DNA of 64,000 nt from Lepidodermella squamata (Eukaryota > Animalia > Gastrotricha), in NCBI GenBank assembly GCA_047495785.1, contig JBLDXI010000021.1, forward strand, positions 186,001 to 250,000, given 5' to 3'. The notes under the pieces were generated by a model. That model had not been told where the DNA came from and did not search any database. It was given only the letters and a program-made list of their open reading frames with translations. Of the stretch, positions 37,629 through 48,204 are shown one piece after another. The position numbers were made by a program, and so were the translations under genes. How positions within the stretch are numbered: the stretch's first letter is position 1; each line of letters opens with the position of its first letter.

Positions 37629-38686
37629 TTGGATTTCCGGTTCACTACTGTGCGAAATTTGATTCGGGATCTTTCCCAGCCACAATCGTGCATCGCGCAA
37701 ATTCTAAACTCGTGTGTGAACCTGCTGGAACCGATGGATCCTGCCACGGCCGCCCAATCAGAACTGCGAGCCCGTCGTGTCGCCGAAAAAACTGCTCAGC
37801 TGAAGCGACTTCGCGATACGTATTACAGTGCCCTCAACCGCGCAAAGTCAGTCGCGAAGCAAACTATTTTAACAGTTCATTTCGAGAAATTGATTGAACT
37901 GCACGAAATTCTACTGGGCTTCGATGAGCGGGTATTTAAATTTCTCATATTTTTTCGCTTTTATTTGTATTTTCGCTGATTGTCTAGCTTGGAGAGATGG
38001 AATCTGAATTCGCAAGAGAGCTTGGCTACGAGGTCTACAAAAGACCAGCTGGAACTACGGCCGTTTTTCTCGATTTTCTGCGTATCCACGACTCGGCTTG
38101 TCGAGGGCAGTCTCTGTTGTTGGAAAGGCTGTTGCTATCTCGCTGCTTTTCACCGATTGAAGAATTTTTCAATGGTATTGTCTATTCGAAAAGCTGGCAG
38201 TCGGTGATCGCTAACCACGTTGACTCGAGTGATTCGTTCAAAACGCCCCTAATCCAGGCCTGCGAGCACGGCAAATTCGATTGCGTCAAGATTTTGGTGG
38301 AGGCCGGGGCTAATTTGAAGGCGAGAGTGGCGGACGATCGCAAATCGACCGGGATACATCTGGCGGCGGAAAATGGTTACTTCTCGATTGTCAAGTACCT
38401 ACTAAGCAAGGATGGCAGTCTTGCGACCTTGGCCGATGGCAACGGACTGACTGCCGTGCAACGAGCTGCTGATGCTGGGCAAAGTGGGGTAGTTATCTCA
38501 TTTTTGCTCGAGCACCATCTGCAAGGGGCTTCAAGTATTAAGGCTGTAATTGAAGAGGGCCTCAAGATATACCGTCGCGCCTTGGAGAAGGACCAGGTCG
38601 AGGTGATTAAAGCGTTGGTCAAAACTTTCCCGAGTCTAGTCACCGAACTTGCGTCACCTAGTGCAAGTGAGAAACTGCTCGTCTGA
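37629..38686 (+). CDS. Ankyrin-repeat protein with helical N-terminus; exons 37629-37931 and 37988-38686, 5' exon not located
   Basis: TPLIQACEHGKFDCVKILVEAGANL, TGIHLAAENGYFSIVKYLL and TAVQRAADAG ankyrin repeats; 56-nt GT-AG intron in phase 0. Confidence 0.75.
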
Positions 38687-38869
38687 AAAAATGCTCAAAT
38701 ATTTGAATTTTGACTGAAATTAATCGCTGATATTGTTTTGTTTTGATTGAAATTATAATCTTTGAAAGTTTGAATAAAATAAATTTTTTTGCTATTTGTT
38801 GTTTTCTGAAATCGGCCGAAATTCCCATACAACAAAGAAATGAAAGAAGATAGGCGGAAAAACAGTATA

Positions 38870-39035
38870 AAAAGAGAGGCGAGGTCACATCTAGTGGCCA
38901 GAAAAAATCCAAATGCTTCCAAAAGTCATGAGAAGGGTAATCTAGTGTGACTCTTTATTAAAAAATCCGAAGAAATATGGTCCAGCCAGGTAGAATACCG
39001 AAAATTACTGTACCCGTTACAGTCGGGTTTTCCGG
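38870..39035. repeat. Dispersed repeat, inverted copy of ~50465-50637
   Basis: GAGAGGCGAGGTCACATCTAGTGGCCAGAAAAA..GAAATATGGTCCAGCCAGGTAGAATACCGAAAATTAC aligns with the reverse complement of STK11 intron 2 (GAGAGACGAAGTCACGTCTCATGGCCAGAAAAA..GAAATTTGGTCCGACCGGGTAAAATACCGAATATTAC). Confidence 0.75.
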
Positions 39036-39921
39036 GTTTTATCCCGTGAATTTTTTAATTCCCCTTGTGCTTTTAAGGGCCCCTTATTCTATGCCCTTTT
39101 AAAAACCCTTATGCTTTTTTCTAGTTTTTTTAGCTCAAAATAGCTCGATTTCGCCCCTGGGAGCAGGGCTAAGTCTGACCACTGGAAAAATATATGAATT
39201 TTCTGTAATACAGTAGACGCTGTATAATCCGAAACCCGGGAGTGAGGAAAGCGTTATAGTCAGGGCAGTTTTAGGGCGACGGACAGAGTTTACGTTATAA
39301 AATTCGGCGCTTGTTGAGGTGGACAGCCGCTTAATGCGGACGCGTACTATAAATACGGCCAGTTTTCTAGCGACGGTCACACTGTTTGGGCATTTTAGGC
39401 CACCGCGGACATCCTCCAACTCCGCGTCTCCTAGTAGGTGCTAGATCTTGTCACGCATCTTCCTCTGCTTAGCCTCAAGTTGCAAATTATGCGTACTTAT
39501 GGAAACCACTTCAATCTAATTCAAGAGCGCGCTAATTAGACAAGCAAACAATACCTGCGAGTAAAAACGGGCGTAATCCTGTCCGCTAAGGCCATTAAGG
39601 TAGGGGCGCCTAGGGATATAGGGGATCTCCCAATGCGGACAAATTTCCCGCGACCGAATGTCCGGATTATACAGCTTCTACTGTAGTTGCAAAATTCGAA
39701 ATTCGAAAATGGTTCCGTAACTCATGGGACACGCCGTAGGTTTCCGATTTCCGGATTCCTCATGGGTGTTATAATTTCGACGTTTATTCCGAAAGACGAA
39801 CTTGCATTCCATTTTTCAATTTTATTTCAATGGCAAAAATACGCATCCAGAATAGTAATGAGTGTTCACAGGCTGAATAATTTTTCGAAAAAATGACCAT
39901 CTTCCATCTTCAAGTTCACCT

Positions 39922-42900
39922 TCATTCAATTGACTCGTGATTTTGCTCATCGTCATCTTCGGCTATTGACCAGAAAGCTTTTTTGCGTCGGAAAGCATAG
40001 CGCCGCCACGCTGTTTGAATTCGCGCGGCGCACATTTCTTCGCGTCTTCGCTCCATTGTCGACGAAATGCGAAGATTATTATTTCGAACTACAGTTGATT
40101 TCCAATCGCCAAACACGCTTTTTTCAAGCTCGGATGCGACGAAAGCTCGCTCCATCGTATCTTCAGTTAAATGAAGTTCAGCGTCTTCCAAAATAGATTT
40201 TCGCCGGGTTTTCCGCTCAGCTGCTAATAATCCGAGGGACCGATGGTAGACCAAAGCTAGCAACACATCGCCGCAATGCACCTGCTCCTCACCTGTCACG
40301 CCGTCGTGCAAAATCGGCACATCCAAAACCGCAATCACATGGTGATTTGGCTTCTGAAAAAAAAATAAAAAATAAATAAGGTGGAATTTTCATAAAAATA
40401 GTATTTACCGAGAAGTGGAATGGTGGATCGAGCCGATCGAGTAAATCGCTAAGCATGAACAGAGGAATGTACTGCGTAGCTAGCGCATCAAACGTGGCCC
40501 AGGTGACAAAAAATCGATCGATATCATCATCGATAATCGTCGTATCGCTTAACCTGGCTGAATTATCCTCCGATTCATTCGCTCGCTGTTCCGAAACTGA
40601 AGTAGCCGCCTCAAGATTCTCGAGAATAATTGCGACAAAAATGTTGGTCAGAACCAAATTCGAGACAATAATAAACGAGGCCAAATAAATTGCTGCAATA
40701 ATCGGGCTGCCGCAATCGCCGCCGATAGTTGGAACTTTTGACCCAGTAACCGGGTGAACGTAATAATTTGGGTCACAGCCGCCCCTTTCAACGTTTACAG
40801 GCTGTAGTGACATGGCGGTAAGAACTCCATCCCAACCCGCCATTGTACTGAGCCGGAAAAGCAGTAGGAAACTGTTGCCGAAAGTTTCGAAATTAACAAC
40901 ATCGCTTATAACACCCTGATGGCGAATGTGGCCGAATAGAATCATCCCGCAAATCGAATAAATAAAGATAATCAACGATAATAAGCATCCAACGTTGAAG
41001 AGAGCGGGTAGAGAACTGATCAGTGAGAAAATCAGCGTTCGAATTGTAGTCATCGATCGAACCAATCGAATGAGCCGGCCGATTCTTAGAACTCGTAATG
41101 CTCGCAATAGTGAGCTTGTTCGAAGGCTTTTAGTCACTGAACTTTCGTCGATAGCCATCATAACTAAGGACCAAATAACAAGGGTCAAATCGAAAACATT
41201 CCACGCCTCGCGGAAGTAATGAACTCTAAGTCCTATAATTTTGACCACAGCTTCGATGGTGAAAATTGCTGTGAACGCAATGTTGAGAATTTCTTGAATT
41301 TGAGTGAAAATTTCAGATTGATTAAAGTGTTCCGTCGCTAGGGTGACACAACTTGCAACAATAACAACAGCCATGATTATTTCAAAAAGCGGCGCCGTGG
41401 CTATTTTGAAGAAAATGTGAAGGTATTTCGCTTTCGGCTTCGGAACCAATCGACGCGGTTTGCGTTTTCCGACTTTTTTCACCATTCGATAGTAGGCCCG
41501 TTGCGTTTCTGTTAGCAAAAGTTCGACGGCTGAAACTTCGAGTTCTTTCTTCAACTCGTTGAAAGAATCGACAATAACGCCGATGAAAAGGTTCAGTAAG
41601 AAGAATGAACCGAAAATGATGAAAACTACGAAATAGAGGGCGAAGGAGAAGCTTTGTTCTCGGCTTGGTTGATCGTCAAGATTTTCGGGTACATCTACCC
41701 CAGCTTCCATAATGTCGGTCCAGCTTTCGAAGGTAGCAACTTGAAGCAGGGCTAAGTAACCACTGATTACGTTATCAAAGTTAATCGTAGGATTCGCCCA
41801 TCGCCGGGTAGCATTTGTGTTGTTCTGGAATGATTCGCATTCGCGTCGATTAGCTATCAATGCGATTGGTAATCTATTGCCAGTTTCGATATCGATACAA
41901 CGAGCAAATTTGCCGGCGAAAAACTGAACCCCGACAATGGAGAAAACAAGCCAGAAGACGATGACCACAAGTAATACGTTTCCAATGCCGGGTATTGTTC
42001 GAATCAAGGCGTCGACAACTATTTTCATACCTTCCCATCGAGAGATCTGAAAAAACGATTGAAATTTCGAACTTTCAAGGTTAAAATACTAACTGCTCGT
42101 AAAGGTCTCAAGCATCTTATGCAGCGCAAGCAGCGAAGAGCCAATAAATTGCTTGATTTTGTATTCGTGGCGTATGTCAAACCGATGTCGACAAATCCGG
42201 TCTAAAAATTCAGGTATAAATTCATTTTTTAGGAATGAATCATCGTACCAAAATGACGACAAAATCTAATATTGTCCAAAACTGGGTGAAACAAGCTTTG
42301 AACCCATATGCAAATAATTTCAGCAAGAACTCGGCTGTGAATAGGCCGAGAAAAACTTGATCGAGAATTGACAATGTGATTTCCAATCTTGACCCATCAA
42401 CCAGGTAAACATCATTCAGGCACTATTTCAAGCATAATAAGTAAATATTTTGATTTCTTTTTCAAAATTTTACTAGAAGAATTGAGCTGATCACAATCAG
42501 GGCCAAAACCACGCCTTCGAACGCCCGATGTTCGCAAATTGTTCGAGCGTATCGGCGAGCATTTGTTAAGGCGGATGTAACAACTGTTGTCCTAATCGAC
42601 TTCCTTCTGCCGCCGATTTCCTCAGTTATCGAACTATGCTTCCGTTCTAGTTTACCCTTTCTTCGTTTCGTAGGTCTACAGGCCTCAAAGAATTTTCGAA
42701 TTTTCGAAGATAATGGCTGCTCGTCGTCCGTTTTCGCTTCAACCTTCGAAGAAGAGGACTTTAGATCGTCCGAACTGAAGGCCATGAGCAGAAGGGCTAG
42801 GAACAAGTTCAGCACAACGAAGGTTCCAACAATCAGCGTGCCGAGAAAAACCGGCATGCATTTAGCCATTCCGTTCGCTCGGAAACATACAATCATCGGC

Positions 42901-45159
42901 TCAACAGCGTCGCGGCATAAAATTCGGAAAACGGTGAGAAGTGATCGCATTAAACCATCAAAATTCCAACGCGGCAGGCTTTCGCCGAAAATTTCGAGGG
43001 TATAGGTTCCATCGAATAGTTGCATCCCAATCAGGGCGAAAATGAAAACAATGACTGCCATTATGACGGTCAGGTTGGCGAGTGAAGTTACCGTGTGAAA
43101 AATTATTTCGAGTAGCAGTCTCATGGTTCGCCACGACTGGGCCAATTTCAATATTCGCAACTTTGAAAATTCTTATTTTTCGAAATTTTACAAAAATTAA
43201 AAAAAATTCCCACCAGTCGAAGCAATCGAATGGCTGTTGTGTTTAATGATGTTGAAGACTGTAGGCCGTAGGTCGCAACAGCATCGATAATGCTGCCAAT
43301 TACGACGAAAAAATCGAGTAGATTCCAGTGGTTTTTAAAGTAGTCCCGCCCCAAAGCAATAATTTTAAGCACAGCTTCCAACCCGAAAATAACAGCACAT
43401 ACCTAATCGGAAAATCACAATTTCAATCATTTTTCGAAGTTTCAAATGTACGTCATTTATGATGTCAGTTGCTGTAGAAAGGTATTCCGGCATTCCGTAG
43501 TGAATAACAGCCATCGCCAGAGTATTGACGATGATTACACCAGTAATGACAGCGTCAAAAATTGAACTTTCAACAACCTTGCGAATTTTCGCTCGATAAT
43601 TGTTTAGCTTCATCTTGAGCTGTTGCCATATTGAAATCGGCTTCTTAGACGAGGTGCTTCGCCTATTTGTAGGGCCGGGTCTCAACACGCTAACGCGAAG
43701 TTGATGAACGTTGTCAGCCCTGAAATTTCCAGAAGGTTGAGAACATTGGAAAATTACTACAACAATTACCCAAGATCTTCGATAATCCCAGAAGACTCTG
43801 AATCTCCATTTTCCTCGGGCAAGGTTTCCAAGCTATTTGATCGTTTTGATTCAGCCGCATCTTCAGTTTTATTTTCGGATGACTCATCAGGGGTATAGCT
43901 CAAAGCGACGACAGATAGAATTAGATTCATCAGGTAGAACGCGCCGAAAATGACGACAATAAAAAAGTAAAGGCTGCTCCAGGTGCCATTCGCAGATAGG
44001 ACCACGCGAAATTCCTCCTCCCAATAATCCCCAGTCATGACAATTATCACCGCTATTATAGCCATGAGAAAATCGTCAAAGCTAAGATAGCCGTACATCG
44101 GATTGCTTGAAGATGGCACTTGCTGGCAGGAATATCCACCTGGACATTTTCTATAACCAGAATTTTCGTTTGAGATTTGAATAAACTGAAAACATACTGA
44201 GCCCCGGTTAGATTTCCGCAAATCATGTAATTTCCTAGGTTGTCAAGTTTCCAATTCTCAGGTGTTGCAATCCATTGCGACCAACTTTGATTCAAACCCG
44301 GAGCCATTTTAGCCACACATTTATTCCTCAAATCGCCGGAAAATAACTCGATGCCAAATAGGGCGAAAACCATCAAGAAAAACGTTACAAAAGCCAACAC
44401 CCCCACCAGCTTTTTGATTGACAAAAGAAGGGCTTTGACGATGGCTTGAAGCCCTGGTAGAATTGTGACCATTCGAAGTAAACGGAAAGTTCGTAGTGAC
44501 TGCAAATTAAGATCGCCATTAACTGCCCCGCTCAGCTGAACTGCCAAAACAGCGTAGGACGACAGCAATACCGCAAAATCTAGCCAGTTCCAAGGGTCCG
44601 TGAGATATGTATGCGAATGAAACGCCAACCCTCTGGCTGTTACTTTCACCAGTGCTTCCAGGGTGTAAATTGCTAGAAACGTGTATTCAGCCACTGGGTT
44701 GTCTACGTTTATTGACATGTAAACCGCGTTGCTTAGAATTGTTAATAAAATCAGGCATTCGAACAACGGGTGCGTATAGGCGTAGAGGGCCAGTTTTCGG
44801 ACGACGTGGTCACTTCGAAATAGGTAGAACGAAGGTGCGTTCGCTAATCGATATAACTTGGCGTTATTAGATCCCAGTTCTCGCCCAACTACAACAAAAG
44901 TCTAAAAATTTTGCAATATATGCGAATGGTGTTCAGAAATAACAGGACGAACTGTTTCATTTTCTGGCTGAGGCATTCCATAGGAAGCAAAGGTCAAGCT
45001 CCGAATGAGGTCTTCTGGAACCTGTTGGCCCTCTTCAATCTTCGTCCAAGGCGATTCTTGAATTGTTTGACGTCTGGAACGCCGAGCTGACGGCCTAAAT
45101 GAAGGCCGCGGCTCCTGATCAATGACCGCAGTGGAAAATCTCACTTCTCTCTCAGCCAT
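39922..45159 (-). CDS. Four-domain voltage-gated sodium-channel-family alpha subunit, Nav2 (DSC1/NaCP60E)-like, ~9 short introns, roughly 1,600 aa
   Basis: Four 6-TM repeats with S4 Arg arrays; pore loops MTGDYWEE / LCRDAVEP / ATFESWTD / STMAGWDG; III-IV linker LLLTETQRAYY; C-terminal EF-hand-like region and IQ motif (ARIQTAWRRY). Glu in domain III is the Nav2 hallmark. Confidence 0.9.
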
Positions 45160-45223
45160 ATTTCAAACAATAATTTTCAAAGCCGCCATCGGTATTTTAC
45201 CCGGATTCTCATGAATTTTTAAC

Positions 45224-45545
45224 GTGGTATAGACCGAAGTCTAGCCAGCGTCTGGACAGCGTTTACCGTAAACAAAACATCGATTTGTGCATGACAACTG
45301 CCTTTTTATTGATTCGTTCTGACTAAAACAAACAATCCATCATTCATATTATATGCAACTTGCCGCCATCGCAACGCGTTTCAACGATAGGAATACACAA
45401 AAAACACGCGCCTGCAAAAAGAAAGCAAAATTTCAAGTAGCGTTTTTTACAACATTTTGCAAACACGAAAGAGAAAAAAACAGCGCATATGGACAATATA
45501 TACACGTGTTTCATCATCTCAATCTCAGATGATAGTGACGTCGCT
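45224..45545. repeat. Direct repeat pair 2, copy A (minus-strand AATAAA at 45310-45305), begins 3 bp after the stop of the 46487-45549 gene
   Basis: Near-identical to 47817-48204 apart from several short indels, mostly deletions. Confidence 0.95.
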
Positions 45546-45548
45546 GAC

Positions 45549-46487
45549 TTAAGACTCGGATGACACGCTGATGTCGTGCGAACCAGTTATATTCATTACA
45601 ACTGCATCACCATACACCAGAGTTCCGATCCTCCGCAAATGGTTTTCGAACGTTGCAAGTCCGCCTTCCAGCTTGCTCGGCAATATAACGTCCACTCGGT
45701 TTTTCTTATTAGGCACAAGGCAGGTGTGCATTTCTGAATTGATGGTGGCGTTTAGCTGGTCTAAAACGGTCCACTCAGCTGTGGTGAAAATATCAGACAG
45801 GGGAATAGTTGACAATCCGGTCATGACATAGGTATTAGCTTCGTTCGGGTTGTCGTAGGCGTAGAGGAAATCACCAAAGGTCGGGTTTTCGTATCGTTTA
45901 TTAGTAACTAAAATCGACGAACTGTTAAGACGAGGGTCCAAATAAACTATTAATGGAACATACATTTATAGAAAGACGATAGGTATGAGGCAATCATTGC
46001 TAAGAACTGTCGACAGGAAACAAATGCCGCGTGGTCATTGGGCAGAACAAAATGGGTACGACGACGAGGGACGACTAGGGCACTTGTGGCTTCTGAAATC
46101 GTATTTCCTGAAACAAAACCTATTGAGCAAATCAGGTAGTTTGCTAAATAAGAACTAACCTGGTTGCTTTGCTAGCGGTGCGCTTGCAAGCGATAGATGA
46201 AGGCGTTTCGGAGGTGACTCACCATCAATTTTTTCACGGAGTTTTTGTTCGTTTGCCAATAAAATCCCGTAATTCTTTTCTTCTTCCAATGCTTGTAGCC
46301 TTGTCGTCATTAAATATGATTCCAATGCTTGCAGTCGTTCGTTCTGGCTGGGTGTTCGTTCAATGCTCTCCAGAGAATTAATTTTCTCACGCGTCACGTT
46401 TATTTCAGTTTGAATTGAATTTCGGATTTGCTGACATTCGCGTATATCTTGTTCGGCAGACTGAAGTTGATCGTACAGGGTAGACAT
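45549..46487 (-). CDS. Orphan protein, 276 aa: N-terminal coiled coil + linker + globular C-terminal domain; exons 46487-46160, 46107-45964, 45907-45549
   Basis: Two GT-AG introns (52 and 56 nt) give an uninterrupted 831-nt frame: MSTLYDQLQSAEQDIRECQQ..PPKRLHL..CRQFLAMIASYLSSFYKFTNKRYENPTFGDFLYAY..PLSDIFTTAEWTVLDQLNATINSEMH..SSES*. Confidence 0.75.
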
Positions 46488-46633
46488 TATAACAATTAAT
46501 CTAAAAACAGGGGAAGACGAGTTGAGGCAGGCGGCCGCGCTTGCAATGTATTCTGCCGTTACGGATATAGTGCGGGCAGAACGGGAGTGCGTGCAGTGTT
46601 ACAAATTATGGGTCCGCGGGCCCACCAAAGTTG

Positions 46634-47282
46634 TTGTTGAAAATTAATTGCTCGCACCCTATTGGTCGATTTAAAATAAACGCAGGCATCGCACTAATGC
46701 CACTGTAACACAAAACAACCGTCGACTTAAACCGTCCTGAAATTTGCGTCAAAGATCATGAGGCAAGGGGTTGCGCCCACCCTTCTGCCAGCAAGAGGAC
46801 ATTATTCTAAGCAAATCGTCGTCGCCGTGCAGTAATGTAGCTAAACCATGCGTTTAATGGTTAAGCTACATTACTGCACGGCGACGACGAAATCAAGATG
46901 TATTGCACCCTTATAATACCTACTATCATGAAACTGGAGAGAAAAACGAATTTGGGACATTTTCAGGTCATCGGCGACTGGCATTAGCGCTGCTGCACGT
47001 GGTGCAACTGCGTGTGTAAATTGTTTGATATTCCTGTCGACCTATAACAAACTTGAGAAACTTTAGCAATATGTTTGAAGGTTGTGATAAAAATCAGCCA
47101 TTCATTTAATTATCGAGTTCAGCTGAATTCATGTTCACGAGAAAATGCTAATTTTAGTTGAATTGTTTACAAGTTCGTGTTCGTTTTCCTTTGAAGTGGC
47201 ATTAGTGCGACTCCCGCGTTTATTTTAAATCGACATATGTGATGCGAGCACACATTTTACATTTTCTACTAATTTTCAACAA
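46634..47282. mobile_element. MITE with ~70-bp imperfect TIRs
   Basis: TTGTTGAAAATTA..GTCGATTTAAAATAAACGC..TCGCACTAATGCCACT mirrored by AGTGGCATTAGTGCGA..GCGTTTATTTTAAATCGAC..TAATTTTCAACAA. Confidence 0.75.
46816..46890. repeat. 75-nt near-perfect hairpin
   Basis: 27-bp perfect stem TCGTCGTCGCCGTGCAGTAATGTAGCT, one mismatch, 6 more bp and a 7-nt loop. Confidence 0.9.
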
Positions 47283-47381
47283 AAACTGGCCTTTCACGGC
47301 TTTTTAGTTGCCGGAGGAAACCACCCCGCACCGGGTGAAGCGTTATACCAGGCGATAAGGTCCTTAGTGCCCTACATCTTA

Positions 47382-47797
47382 CCGTAAAAAGGGGTGACTT
47401 TGCACAGTGGGGTGACATTAGCATACCAAAATGGGGTGACTTTGGCATATCAAAAATCGAAGGTGGAAAGATGAAGACCCCATGAGGGGGGTACCGTTGG
47501 ATAGCCCAAGAATAGGCCAGCCTGGATATGTAAAATGCTCATCAATGCAACCTATTTCGGGACAAAAAATTAGAGGTAAGTTTTTGATAAAATTGTCGAT
47601 ATTTTTTCGGTAGAATTTCCGTCGCTGCTCAACCGAATCCGCCTCATATACATTGAAATTATATACCATTTTCGGAGAACCCGTCTTTCAGGCTATCCAA
47701 CGGTACCCCACTCATGGGGTCTTTATCTTTCCACCTTCGATTTTTGATATGCCAAAGTCACCCCATTTTGGTATGCTAATGTCACCCCAATTTACGG
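47382..47797. mobile_element. Pogo/Tc1-mariner-like MITE with ~100-bp TIRs and TA target duplication
   Basis: TA-CCGTAAA..GGGGTGACATTAGCATACCAAAATGGGGTGACTTTGGCATATCAAAAATCGAAGGTGGAAAGAT.. mirrored at 47692-47797, ending TTTACGG-TA; internal GGGGTGAC repeats. Confidence 0.9.
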
Positions 47798-47816
47798 TAC
47801 GCCCTACATTTTTCAT

Positions 47817-48204
47817 GTGGTGAAGACCGAAGTCGGGACAGCATTTACCGTAAACAAAACATCGATTTGTGCATGACAACTCGCTACTGCCTTTTTATTG
47901 ATTCGTTCACCTTCTTTCTCGCGTTTTGGCTATTATAAAAATAGTTGACTAAAACAAACAATCCATCATTCATATTATATGCAACTTGCCGCCGTCGCAG
48001 CGCGTTTCAACGATAGGAATACACAAAAAACACGCGCCTGCAAAAAGAAAGCAAAATTTCAAGTAGCGTTTTTTACAACATTTTGCAAACACGGCGACAG
48101 GCGAGCCGAAAGAGAAAACACAGCGTATAATATCGAAGACAGCGGATATGGACAATATATACACGTGTTTCATCATCTCAATCTCAGATGATAGTGACGT
48201 CGCT
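47817..48204. repeat. Direct repeat pair 2, copy B (probable distal 3' UTR/polyA region of STK11; minus-strand AATAAA at 47899-47894)
   Basis: Longer, less deleted copy of 45224-45545. Confidence 0.95.

Noticed and set aside
45224-48204. Direct repeats as LTRs of a retroelement
   Set aside because: No TG...CA ends, PBS/PPT, gag or pol seen; the two repeat pairs share no sequence and look like host 3' ends.
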